Below are positions 44,528-53,984 of a stretch of 64,000 nucleotides of DNA, piece after piece. The notes below the pieces were generated by a model. That model was not told the DNA's origin and did no database searches. It worked only from the letters and a program-made list of their open reading frames with translations. The stretch comes from Obrimoposthia wandeli (lineage: Eukaryota), in the NCBI GenBank assembly GCA_977020255.1, contig CDROCS010000506.1:3348001-3412000 (forward strand). The letters are read 5' to 3'. Numbering within the stretch: the stretch's first letter is position 1; each line of letters begins with the position of its first letter. The translations under genes were made by a program, and so were the position numbers.

Positions 44528-45181
44528 TTAAACCAACTTCGGAGCGATGAATTTTAGCTCTGAGCGTGTGCCACACAGTAATAATATGTCATTCTCGTGT
44601 AATACAAAGTTATCATCAATATGAGTGAAAACAGCCTGTTCTCGGTTAACTAAAACGGCAGTCACTTTACTTCGACTGTGATCAAGGACGTGTGAGATTG
44701 GTTTATCATGCAGTGTTGGTTTTATGTGAATTTCGACTACATAAAATCCATTACCTATGGATAGATAGTTATTCACCATCGGATAATTAAGCGCTTGAGC
44801 GACACGAATACCCATTTCTTCTTCTGGATGGATTATCCGTGATACCCCGAGTTTGGATACTATCGTATGGTGTGCTTTCGTACTTGCTTTAACCCAGATA
44901 TTTTTTACGCCAAGATTCTTTAATGCTAGCGTGCAAAGGAGGCTTGACTGCATGTCTTTCCCTATCGCAACCAACACGGCTTCACTGTCGGCGAGATCTA
45001 ATTCACTTAGTACGCTTTCATCGGTGGCGTCACAGATAACCGCTTGAGTCAGCTCTTCTACGTATTTATCAACAATTTTAGGTTCAGTGTCGACTCCTGT
45101 TACTGTATGGCCAAGATGAATTAATTCCAAACTGGCTGATATGCCAAACCTTCCTAAACCAATAACTGTAAAATGAGCCAT
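44528..45181 (-). CDS. ktrA: Ktr RCK regulatory subunit
   Basis: 'VIGLGRFG', 'VLVAIG', 'IIHPEEEMG.RVA'; start at MAHF. Confidence 0.92.
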   Translation of the reverse strand: MAHFTVIGLGRFGISASLELIHLGHTVTGVDTEPKIVDKYVEELTQAVICDATDESVLSELDLADSEAVLVAIGKDMQSSLLCTLALKNLGVKNIWVKASTKAHHTIVSKLGVSRIIHPEEEMGIRVAQALNYPMVNNYLSIGNGFYVVEIHIKPTLHDKPISHVLDHSRSKVTAVLVNREQAVFTHIDDNFVLHENDILLLCGTRSELKFIAPKLV

Positions 45182-45328
45182 AGTGACTGCCTTTTCTATT
45201 TTTAAAAAGTGATAAAGAATGTTGTTTTTAAAAAGTAATAAAGAGATATTATTTAAAAAGATGATAAATAAGTAGCTGCAAGCGCCGCTAAGTATCGCCA
45301 TGTTCCGTCAATGAAACGTGTTTTAGGA

Positions 45329-46027
45329 TTAGTGATGTCTAGAATTACCTGATATTAATCGATAACCCAGTCCTGACTCTGTCTTTATGAGTTGTTGTAG
45401 GTCGGCGCTGTCGCTTAGCTTTTTACGCAGCTGACTCACTAAAATACGCAAGTAATGAGTATCATCGCGATGCGTGTGTCCCCAAATATCCTCTAACAAC
45501 GTCGTTTGTTTCACGAGTTTTCCTGGCTGCTTCATGAGTTTTTCGACGAACGCGAATTCCTTTTTAGTTAAGCCTATCTCTTCACTATCCAGCCATACTT
45601 GGTTAGTGCTTTTCTGTAATTGAAGTCGGCCACAGACGAGTATATCTGAGCAAGGTGTGTCATCGACCAAATCACGAACCAGTACTTTAATGCGTACGAT
45701 CAGCTCTTTAATGCCAAACGGTTTACTCAAATAATCATTTGCTCCGGCTTCTAATAGGCGTACTTTTTCCGCTTCCTGATCTCTTGCCGTTAGGATAAGC
45801 ACAGGTGTTTTTACAGTTTGACGAATAGACTGCAAAAATTGAGTGCCATCTCCATCAGGCAGTCCTAAATCAAGCACAATAATATGTGGTTGTTCTTGAT
45901 GGAAAATATCCAACGCTGAGCTAATCGATGTTGCACCAATATAGTCGAAACCTTCCGCTGCCAATGAGATACGAATAAAAGTATGAATTTGTGGTTCATC
46001 ATCGACGAGCAATACTTTATAAGCCAT
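45329..46027 (-). CDS. OmpR-family response regulator, KdpE-like
   Basis: 'VDDEPQI', 'LDLGLPDGDG', 'DYLSKPF', 'HYLRILVSQLRKKL'. Confidence 0.92.
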   Translation of the reverse strand: MAYKVLLVDDEPQIHTFIRISLAAEGFDYIGATSISSALDIFHQEQPHIIVLDLGLPDGDGTQFLQSIRQTVKTPVLILTARDQEAEKVRLLEAGANDYLSKPFGIKELIVRIKVLVRDLVDDTPCSDILVCGRLQLQKSTNQVWLDSEEIGLTKKEFAFVEKLMKQPGKLVKQTTLLEDIWGHTHRDDTHYLRILVSQLRKKLSDSADLQQLIKTESGLGYRLISGNSRHH

Positions 46028-47059
46028 TTATAGATCCCCCTTAGTGATGGGTAAACATATACGAATGAGACAGCCATGCGTGACTGGGATCGCCTCTACA
46101 CTACCGTTATGAGCGGTCAAAATACCTTTCGCGACGGCTAAACCCAAGCCGGTGCCACTATCATTATTTTTGTGTGCATTCTCGCTATAAAACAAATCAA
46201 AAATATGAGCCGCTTGCTCTGTTGTGAGTCCTTCGCCTTCATCTTGAATATCTAACATTATCTTATTATCAGCTTGGTAGACGTTGATATTGACCAGGTT
46301 GTTTGCAGGGGTGTAACGAAGCGCATTATCTAATACATTAAAGATAGCCTGTTCAATCAAGGAACTGCTTATTTGCAGTGTGGGTAATGGCGTTGCGGCG
46401 ATGAGCTTGATGCGTTGCTGTGATTCAGGAAAGCGCTCGATAGTTTGGTTCACGACGTTTAAGATGGAATCGGCACTTGTATTGAATTTGAGAGCACCAT
46501 GCTGCAGCTTAGTTGCTTGTAGCAGATTTTCTATGTATTGATGCAATCGATGGCTTTCTGCTGTCGCGCTGTCTAACAATTCTATTTTATCGCTTTCGCT
46601 GAGTTTCCCCATGTATTCTTTCAAAGTAGTCAGCGTGCCGATGATAGTGGCTAATGGCGTGCGTAAATCATGTGAAACCGAGAGTAGGATGCTGTTTCTA
46701 AGCTGAGCTTGTTTTAATTCATTTTTCTGACGTTGATAATGCTCAGCTAATTGACTCACCGTCAGAGCCACAATAATAAAAACCAGCAGATTAACGATAT
46801 CGTCCATGTGCAGCATCTGTAATGAATAACGTGGTGTCGTAAATAAGAAATTGAAGCTCAGGGCTTCGAAGGTAGCTGCAAAATAAGCAAACTTCGCGTT
46901 ACACCGTAAGGCCACGATCACCACGGCTAATTGCAAGATAAGCAATACAGCAATCGTTGCACCGAACAGCAGATCTATGACCACGCTACTTAATAGCGCA
47001 CTCATTAATATAACGAATGTGAAGAACATGAGGTTAGAACGAGAATTCTTGAACATCAT
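46028..47059 (-). CDS. Sensor histidine kinase, minimal KdpD-like
   Basis: 4-TM block with 'NFLFTTPRYSL', H-box SHDLRTPL, 'NVLDNALRY', 'GTGLGL'; 343 aa. Confidence 0.9.
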   Translation of the reverse strand: MMFKNSRSNLMFFTFVILMSALLSSVVIDLLFGATIAVLLILQLAVVIVALRCNAKFAYFAATFEALSFNFLFTTPRYSLQMLHMDDIVNLLVFIIVALTVSQLAEHYQRQKNELKQAQLRNSILLSVSHDLRTPLATIIGTLTTLKEYMGKLSESDKIELLDSATAESHRLHQYIENLLQATKLQHGALKFNTSADSILNVVNQTIERFPESQQRIKLIAATPLPTLQISSSLIEQAIFNVLDNALRYTPANNLVNINVYQADNKIMLDIQDEGEGLTTEQAAHIFDLFYSENAHKNNDSGTGLGLAVAKGILTAHNGSVEAIPVTHGCLIRICLPITKGDL

Positions 47060-47286
47060 ACAAACAGGCCATTAAAGAATGATTTGTAATTACTGTAGCA
47101 AATTAGTCTCAGTTGTTCGCGTAAAGAAAACGTAAAATTAGTGGTTACTTATGGCATAAATCGAACAGTACAAGGTGTGTTCATTCTGTTTTGCAGTAAT
47201 TAATTATCGTTTATCGATAATTAATTGTTGATAATCGTTACTTTGTACTTTAGTATCCAGTTATCTACTCAACAGGATTACTAATT

Positions 47287-47835
47287 ATGTCCAAGATTCA
47301 AAAGCAAAGCCGTCGTGCACGTATATTTTTTCAAAGTCTTTTTGTGCTAACTCCAATAGCGGTATGTTATTACTGGTTAACGGTTGAAACGTCATATGAT
47401 TTTCTTACATCATTCGGCATTATTCAGGTCACTCACAACATTGACAGTTACACACAATTACCGCTAACGTTAACAACGCGAATATTAGCCGCCATCGCCA
47501 GCTTATTTTTATGCAGCATCATTATGTATGCGCTTAAGGTACTGATTAATTTATTCCGCAGCTACGAACGTAATGAGATTTTCACACTTGATAATGTGAT
47601 GAGTTATCAAAAGTTAGGTCACAGCTTATTCTATTGGGTTGGTGCTTCTGTGGTTTACGGTGCATTGATGTCGGTTATCTTGTCGTTTAATAACCCTCCA
47701 GGTGATCGCATGCTGGCAATTGGATTTGTCGGTGTAGATTTTTTAACATTAGTACTTGGCTTTATTATCTTGATTATTTCATGGGTGATGAAAGAAGGTT
47801 ATATTCTTGCCGATGAAAACGACCATACAATTTAA
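47287..47835 (+). CDS. DUF2975-like membrane protein
   Basis: 4 TM, 'EIFTLDNV', C-terminal 'MKEG..LADENDHTI', followed by an HTH gene. Confidence 0.8.
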   Translation: MSKIQKQSRRARIFFQSLFVLTPIAVCYYWLTVETSYDFLTSFGIIQVTHNIDSYTQLPLTLTTRILAAIASLFLCSIIMYALKVLINLFRSYERNEIFTLDNVMSYQKLGHSLFYWVGASVVYGALMSVILSFNNPPGDRMLAIGFVGVDFLTLVLGFIILIISWVMKEGYILADENDHTI

Positions 47836-47844
47836 GGAGCTGGG

Positions 47845-48072
47845 ATGACTATTTGTATTAATTTAGATGTGATGATGGCGAAGCGAAAAATGCGCTTAAA
47901 ACATCTCGCTCAAGAAGTTGGCATTACAGAAGCAAACCTCTCGATTTTAAAAAACGGCAAAGCGAAAGCGGTTCGGTTATCGACACTTGATAAACTTTGT
48001 GAAGTACTTGATTGTCAGCCCGGCGACATTCTAGAGTTTGAAGTTAACCAAAATGAAGGTGACGAGAGCTAG
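47845..48072 (+). CDS. Cro/C1-type HTH regulator (YozG-like)
   Basis: 'LA..VGITEANLSILK.GKAKAVRLSTL.KLC..LDCQPGDIL'. Confidence 0.88.
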   Translation: MTICINLDVMMAKRKMRLKHLAQEVGITEANLSILKNGKAKAVRLSTLDKLCEVLDCQPGDILEFEVNQNEGDES

Positions 48073-48158
48073 CATTAGTGTAGATAATTTGGTTTGTAGG
48101 GATTGGACTTACAAACCAAATAATTCTTAGTGTTTACCAGTTTTCTAGCGCTTTTTTG

Positions 48159-48746
48159 TTAAAGCATCGGCACAATTGAAAATACCAACAAGCCCGCCAT
48201 GCTGTAATTAAACAGTTTAATGCGGTGTGGTGCTTGTAAGCCGCTTTGTAATTTCTTCCCCGCGGCTGTCCACAAACCAACAGACGGCACAGTGATAAGC
48301 GCAAATACCAGCGATACCAGTAAGATATCTTGTAGCTCAGTAGAGGCTGCATAGACACTAATTGCAGTCAGTACCATAGTCCAGGCTTTTGGGTTTACCC
48401 ATTGAAAGCTCGCGGCTGACAGAAATGACATCGGTTTATAATCAGATGCAGTACTGCTCATGGATTTGCTGGTGGCGATCTTAATCGCTAAATACAGCAG
48501 ATAAAAAATACTAACAATGCGTAAACCTTGCTGCACTGCTGGGTAGCTACTGAATAACCCCATCAAGCCAAAACCAACCAATATCACCATCAGACTGAAA
48601 CCAAAAATAATGCCTAACATGTGTGGGATCGTGCGCATAAAGCCAACATTGGCACCGGATGTCATCAACATAATATTGTTTGGTCCAGGTGAAACGGTTG
48701 AAACCAGGGCGAAGGTCATAAGTGCTATAAGTTGTTGATATTCCAT
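48159..48746 (-). CDS. LysE/RhtB family exporter
   Basis: 'SPGPNNIML', 'YLLYLAIKI', 'FQWVNPKAW'; start at MEYQ. Confidence 0.9.
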   Translation of the reverse strand: MEYQQLIALMTFALVSTVSPGPNNIMLMTSGANVGFMRTIPHMLGIIFGFSLMVILVGFGLMGLFSSYPAVQQGLRIVSIFYLLYLAIKIATSKSMSSTASDYKPMSFLSAASFQWVNPKAWTMVLTAISVYAASTELQDILLVSLVFALITVPSVGLWTAAGKKLQSGLQAPHRIKLFNYSMAGLLVFSIVPML

Positions 48747-48945
48747 TTTATACTCGCATTGTCGTGATGATGTAGTGTTGCAACAATAGTTCTCTACTGA
48801 TGCCGAACTTAAGTGTGTGTAGTGCCATTGTGATGTCGTTGTAATGTCGTTGTAATGTAATACCGTTGTATATAGTTGTATTTTAAATAACAATGCGGTA
48901 AATTTTGTACCTATATTTGCTCAGATTGATGAAAATTCACAAGGA

Positions 48946-49398
48946 ATGGTTGCTATGGATAGATTTGACGACAGGATATTGCGTGAGCTTAAATTAAACG
49001 GCAGATTGTCCAATGTGGAGCTTGCTGAACGTATCGGATTATCAGCATCTGCCACACTCCGCCGTGTGCAAGAATTAGAACGCAGTGATGTTATCCAAGG
49101 CTATCGTGCAGTGTTTAATGCCAAAAAACTGGGTATCGGCTTTATTGCTTATGTCACGATTGGTTTATCGAGCCACAGTAAGGCATCACAACGCAGTTTC
49201 GAAGACAGTATTATGGAGGCAAGCCAAGTGACAGAGTGCCATAACGTCACGGGCTCTAGTGAATATTTACTGCGAGTGGAGACGGAAGATTTAACGTCTT
49301 ACAAACGCTTTCATTCAGGTGTACTTGGCGAGATCCCACAGGTCTATTCAATCACAACCTTGGTGGTAATGGACACACCAAAAGATGAGCGGACCTAA
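48946..49398 (+). CDS. Lrp/AsnC family regulator, divergent from LysE
   Basis: 'D.RIL.EL..NGRLSN.ELAERIGLS.SA.LRRV', 'ECHNVTG..EYLL'. Confidence 0.93.
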   Translation: MVAMDRFDDRILRELKLNGRLSNVELAERIGLSASATLRRVQELERSDVIQGYRAVFNAKKLGIGFIAYVTIGLSSHSKASQRSFEDSIMEASQVTECHNVTGSSEYLLRVETEDLTSYKRFHSGVLGEIPQVYSITTLVVMDTPKDERT

Positions 49399-49517
49399 GA
49401 GACTTGATCTGCAATAATATTGTTTATATTGTCCATTTTATTTACTGTCAATCCGATAAATAGCTGTGATATTGTGTTGAAACGTATTTGAACACTCGTT
49501 TATTTATTGGAATTTGA

Positions 49518-50447
49518 ATGCTCGGAAATCATTATTACTATTCAGCTAGCCATTCTCAAGAAAGCCGTGATTACACTGTTAATAAAGCCAATTGTATTGC
49601 GCTTGTGGTCGAAGGTGGTGGTCAGAAAGGTATTTTCACTGCGGGCGTATTAGATGCTTTTCTTCAAGAAAAATTTAACCCATTCTCATTATTAATCGGT
49701 ACATCTGCAGGCGCATTGAATCTTGCCTCCTATATTTGTGGGCAGCATAAGCACGCTTATCGGGTGATCACTGAAGCCACCATGGACAAACAATTTTTTA
49801 ATATGCGTTCTTTTCTATTCGATCATAAAGGTCTGGATATCGATTGGTTACTTGAGCAAACCAAAACTACGATACCGCTCGATTGGCATAGTGGTAATGC
49901 AAATATGAAAAATCGTGAAGTTCTGGTGACAGCGACTCAAGATAATAATAATCAGGTCGATTACTTTGATTTAGCTGACTCGGGCTGGGAATTGGCTTTA
50001 AAAGCCAGTTGTTCTATACCCGGTATTCACAATACACCTGCGATCTTAGATAAATACCATTGGTTAGACGGTGGTGTTCAGGCGCCGATCCCGTTAGAGG
50101 AAGTATACCGACAGGGTTATAAGCATATTGTTGTGATCAGAACAGCCCCGCCAGAGATAAAATATGAGCATCCATTTTTAGCTAAGTTAACGCCACATAT
50201 TAAAAATGCAAAAACTAAAAAGCTTGTTAATAACTTAATTGACCATGAAGCATCCTACGGTAAAGCCCAGCTGTTTTTAGATAATCCGCCAAAAGATGTG
50301 TCTATATATGAATTGCACCCGGCAAGGTTATTAAAATCCAACTTGATAGGCAGTAAAAAGACATCACTTGATGAAGATTATCAGCAAGGGCTCCATTGCG
50401 GTCAGCGGTTTTTAAACTCTTTTCAAGGGCTAGATATGTATCAATGA
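49518..50447 (+). CDS. Patatin-like phospholipase
   Basis: GGGQKG, GTSAG, DGG motifs. Confidence 0.9.
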   Translation: MLGNHYYYSASHSQESRDYTVNKANCIALVVEGGGQKGIFTAGVLDAFLQEKFNPFSLLIGTSAGALNLASYICGQHKHAYRVITEATMDKQFFNMRSFLFDHKGLDIDWLLEQTKTTIPLDWHSGNANMKNREVLVTATQDNNNQVDYFDLADSGWELALKASCSIPGIHNTPAILDKYHWLDGGVQAPIPLEEVYRQGYKHIVVIRTAPPEIKYEHPFLAKLTPHIKNAKTKKLVNNLIDHEASYGKAQLFLDNPPKDVSIYELHPARLLKSNLIGSKKTSLDEDYQQGLHCGQRFLNSFQGLDMYQ

Positions 50448-50617
50448 GTGACACATTAGACATGGCAAAGGTACGAATTTAATCATTACAAATAATTATC
50501 AAAACCATAAAATATCATAATTTTATTATCGAAATGTTTTTCTATACACTGCTGTTATCGACACCAAGCAGGCCGAAAGGGCTTGCTTAACGTCTACAAA
50601 TTAACAGGAATGACAAC

Positions 50618-51718
50618 ATGAAAAACGCACTATTTCAAGCAATTCAACTTGGTAAAATTACGTTAAAAAACCGGATCGTAATGCCACCAATGACGCGTTC
50701 TCGTGCGAGTCAACCTGGTAATGTAGCGAATCAAATGATGGCTGAATATTACGCCCAGCGTGCTTCAGCCGGTCTTATTATTGCTGAAGGCACACAAATA
50801 TCTCCTATGGGTCAAGGTTATGCTTGGACACCGGGTATCTATTCTGCCGCGCAAATTGAGGGTTGGAAAAAAGTAACGGATGCGGTACACGCTAAAGACG
50901 GCGCTATCTTTGCGCAACTTTGGCATGTAGGTCGCGTAACACATCCAGATAACATTGGCGGTATGCAACCGATATCTTCTTCAGCGATGAAAGCTGAAAA
51001 TGTAAAAGTATTCATTGATAACGGCACTGATGAACCGGGCTTTGTCGATGTAGTTGAACCGCGCGAGATGACTAAAACAGACATTAAACATGTTGTTGCT
51101 GAATATCGTCAAGCGGCATTAAACGCGATTGAAGCTGGTTTTGATGGTATTGAATTACACGCGGCGAATGGTTATTTGATTAATCAGTTTATTGATTCTG
51201 AAGCGAATAACCGCACCGATGAATACGGTGGTTGCATTGAAAACCGTTTACGATTTATGAGTGAAGTGATTGCTGCAATGGCTGACGCGATTGGCGCTGA
51301 CCGTATTGGTGTACGTCTTGCACCGTTTACTTCATTAAATGGCACTGTGGATGCGACTCCTGTGGAAAGTTATACCTCTGCGGCAGCTGTGTTAAATAAC
51401 CACAGGGTTGCTTATATCCATATTGCTGAGGTCGATTGGGATGATGCACCTGAAACACCTGTCGCATTTAAATTGTCTGTACGCGCGGTGTATCACGGTG
51501 TGATTATCTATGCAGGTCGTTATAACGATGAAAAAGGCGCTAAAGCGATTCAATCTGGGATCATGGATATGGTTGGTTTTGGCCGTCCTTTTATCGCCAA
51601 CCCTGATCTACCAAATCGCATTAAAAATAACTACCCATTGGCAACGCACAACCCTGAAACCTTGTTTGGTGGTGCAGAAGCTGGTCTTATCGATTACCCT
51701 GAATACACGGCGAGTTAA
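50618..51718 (+). CDS. nemA: Alkene reductase (old yellow enzyme, NemA-like)
   Basis: 'PPMTRSRA', 'QLWHVGR', 'ELHAANGYL', 'NNRTDEYGG', 'FGRPFIANPDL'. Confidence 0.9.
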   Translation: MKNALFQAIQLGKITLKNRIVMPPMTRSRASQPGNVANQMMAEYYAQRASAGLIIAEGTQISPMGQGYAWTPGIYSAAQIEGWKKVTDAVHAKDGAIFAQLWHVGRVTHPDNIGGMQPISSSAMKAENVKVFIDNGTDEPGFVDVVEPREMTKTDIKHVVAEYRQAALNAIEAGFDGIELHAANGYLINQFIDSEANNRTDEYGGCIENRLRFMSEVIAAMADAIGADRIGVRLAPFTSLNGTVDATPVESYTSAAAVLNNHRVAYIHIAEVDWDDAPETPVAFKLSVRAVYHGVIIYAGRYNDEKGAKAIQSGIMDMVGFGRPFIANPDLPNRIKNNYPLATHNPETLFGGAEAGLIDYPEYTAS

Positions 51719-51774
51719 CTCTTACTGTTAGCGATAAGAATACGCTGCTAAAGATATTGTAGTTAAAACAGATG

Positions 51775-51810
51775 AAGGCGAGGCAATAGCGATATTGTGC
51801 TCGCCTTTAT
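51775..51810 (+). terminator. Probable terminator after nemA
   Basis: AAGGCGAG..CAATA-GCGA-TATTG..CTCGCCTT followed by TAT. Confidence 0.65.
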
Positions 51811-52290
51811 TGGTTTACATCCCGCCACCTTAAAAATGTACCCAATCTATATTTGTATTGTATTTATATTTTAACTTTATTGTTCTGAGTTGTAGCGTGT
51901 AAAACAAAATCCTGCGCGAGTACATTTATTTAACATTTATTTTACTTTTATTGAAAAGTGAGATGTTACAAGGTGTTTTATTTAAGCTCTTGATTTTAAT
52001 ATATTTGTTTTGTTCTTGTCGGTTTTTACACTATGGAGTATACCTATTTTTAGTTTTTAAGTCCGTTATTTGCATTTCACTTTGTTGCAACTTGGTTCTA
52101 ATATTGTGTACAGTATTTAGCGTTGTAGTTTTATAACCGTTTTCACTATCACGATGATGACAGTCCTGATGACTTTATTTATGGTAGTGATATGACAGCG
52201 TTATGACGGTAGCAGACTTACAAATGGGCAATGTTAATCTTAGTTAAAACTTTGATTTAAAAACTATTATCAGATTGAGTTGAGGTAGGT

Positions 52291-53730
52291 ATGAACATGG
52301 AAGGCAATAACAGTGATTTGTTGTATGGACTACACGATCGCCCCGAACCACTAAAAGCGTTGTTTGCTGCTTTTCAGCATATTTTAGCCAGTTTTGTGGG
52401 CATCACTACGCCAGCGTTGATTATTGGCGGTGTACTTGGATTAGGCAGTGAATTACCTTATCTGATTTCCATGGCGTTATTTGTGTCAGGAGTCGGTACT
52501 TTTTTACAAGCTAGACGTTTCGGACCGGTTGGTTCAGGTCTGCTTTGTGTACAAGGTACGAGTTTTGCGTTTTTAAGCGCGGTATTGGCTGCTGGTTTTA
52601 TTGTTAAAAACCGTGGCGGTAGTCCAGAAGATATTTTAGCGATGATCTTTGGTGTCTGTTTTGTTGCCTCTTTTGTGGAAATCGCACTGAGCCGTGTTAT
52701 CCATAAGCTACAGCATATTATTACTCCTGTGGTTACTGGTATTGTGATTACCACGATTGGCCTATCTTTGATTAAAGTGGGTATGACCGATATCGCAGGT
52801 GGTTTTGGCAATGAACATATTGGCGATTCAAAATACCTTATTGTCGGTGCGATCACCTTAAGTACCATCATCCTCATTAACCGTTCAAGTAATCAGGTTT
52901 TACGTCTTTCTGGCATCATGATAGGTATGGTAGTTGGTTATATTGCGGCTTATTTCATGGGCATGGTTAACAATGAAATTGCAGATGTACCTGTTATTTC
53001 GGTACCGTCGCCGTTTAAATATGGTTTTGATTTTGAGCTGGCAGCGTTTATCCCTGTGGCCATCATTTCTATTGTCACCGCTATCGAAACAACGGGTGAT
53101 CTAACCGCTAACTCTATGGTGTCTAATGAACCGACACGTGGACCTATTTATATCGAACGTATCAAAGGTGGTGTGTTAGGTGATGGTATTAACTCTTGCT
53201 TAGCGTCTATTTTTGGTAGTTTTCCAATGTCGACCTTTAGCCAAAACAACGGTGTTATTCAGTTAACCGGTGTCGCAAGTCGCTATGTTGCTTTTTATAT
53301 TGGCGGCCTGTTTGTGTTATTGGGCTTGTTTCCGGTTATTGGTGCGGTATTACAAACATTACCTAAACCGGTATTAGGCGGTGCAACGCTGGTGATGTTT
53401 GGTACTGTTGCTTCTGCGGGTATTCGTATTTTAGCCACCGCCGATCTCGACCGTCGTGATTTGCTTATCATGGCTGTTTCGTTTGGTCTTGGCCTTGGTG
53501 TTGTCGCTGTACCTGAAGTAACAAGTTCATTTTCACCTTTGTTTAAGAGCATCTTTAGTTCTTCTGTTACCGTGTCTGGGTTGTCCGCTATTTTGATGAG
53601 CTTGATCTTGCCATGTAAACGTAAAATCACAGAAGATGAGGCTACATCAAAAGCAACATCAGATGTGAAGTCAGATGTGAAGTCAAAAGTGAAATCAAAG
53701 GTGCCTGAGCAAAAAAGTGTAACTGTGTAA
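52291..53730 (+). CDS. NCS2/NAT xanthine permease (XanQ/XanP-like)
   Basis: 'QHILA', 'QGTSF', 'ETTGD', NAT motif 'TFSQNNGVIQLTGVASR'. Confidence 0.93.
   Translation: MNMEGNNSDLLYGLHDRPEPLKALFAAFQHILASFVGITTPALIIGGVLGLGSELPYLISMALFVSGVGTFLQARRFGPVGSGLLCVQGTSFAFLSAVLAAGFIVKNRGGSPEDILAMIFGVCFVASFVEIALSRVIHKLQHIITPVVTGIVITTIGLSLIKVGMTDIAGGFGNEHIGDSKYLIVGAITLSTIILINRSSNQVLRLSGIMIGMVVGYIAAYFMGMVNNEIADVPVISVPSPFKYGFDFELAAFIPVAIISIVTAIETTGDLTANSMVSNEPTRGPIYIERIKGGVLGDGINSCLASIFGSFPMSTFSQNNGVIQLTGVASRYVAFYIGGLFVLLGLFPVIGAVLQTLPKPVLGGATLVMFGTVASAGIRILATADLDRRDLLIMAVSFGLGLGVVAVPEVTSSFSPLFKSIFSSSVTVSGLSAILMSLILPCKRKITEDEATSKATSDVKSDVKSKVKSKVPEQKSVTV
53647..53706 (+). repeat. In-frame 12-bp repeats in permease tail
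   Basis: TCAGATGTGAAG x2 with degenerate flanks (SKAT-SDVK-SDVK-SKVK-SKVP). Confidence 0.7.
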
Positions 53731-53984
53731 CAGTCAGTTTTGTAGGTAATGTAATAGCTAGCGTAAGCATTGACTTTACCCCTATATTTTGTTGTTATTG
53801 CTTTAATCAGGTAGCGTTTGTACGTTACTTGGTTAACTGGAGGCTAGATTAAATAGCCGTGATTTTAAATCAACTGATTGTGTACCTTTCCGGTTTGTGC
53901 ACTTTTGGCTCCTACATCCGGGTTTGATGAATTAAGACTTTGTGGTCTTTATTATTTTTTAAATCCTGACAATTAGGAGCTTAT

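Noticed and set aside
51810-52290. Possible xanthine or purine riboswitch before the xanthine permease
   Set aside because: No aptamer consensus found on reading; very AT-rich.
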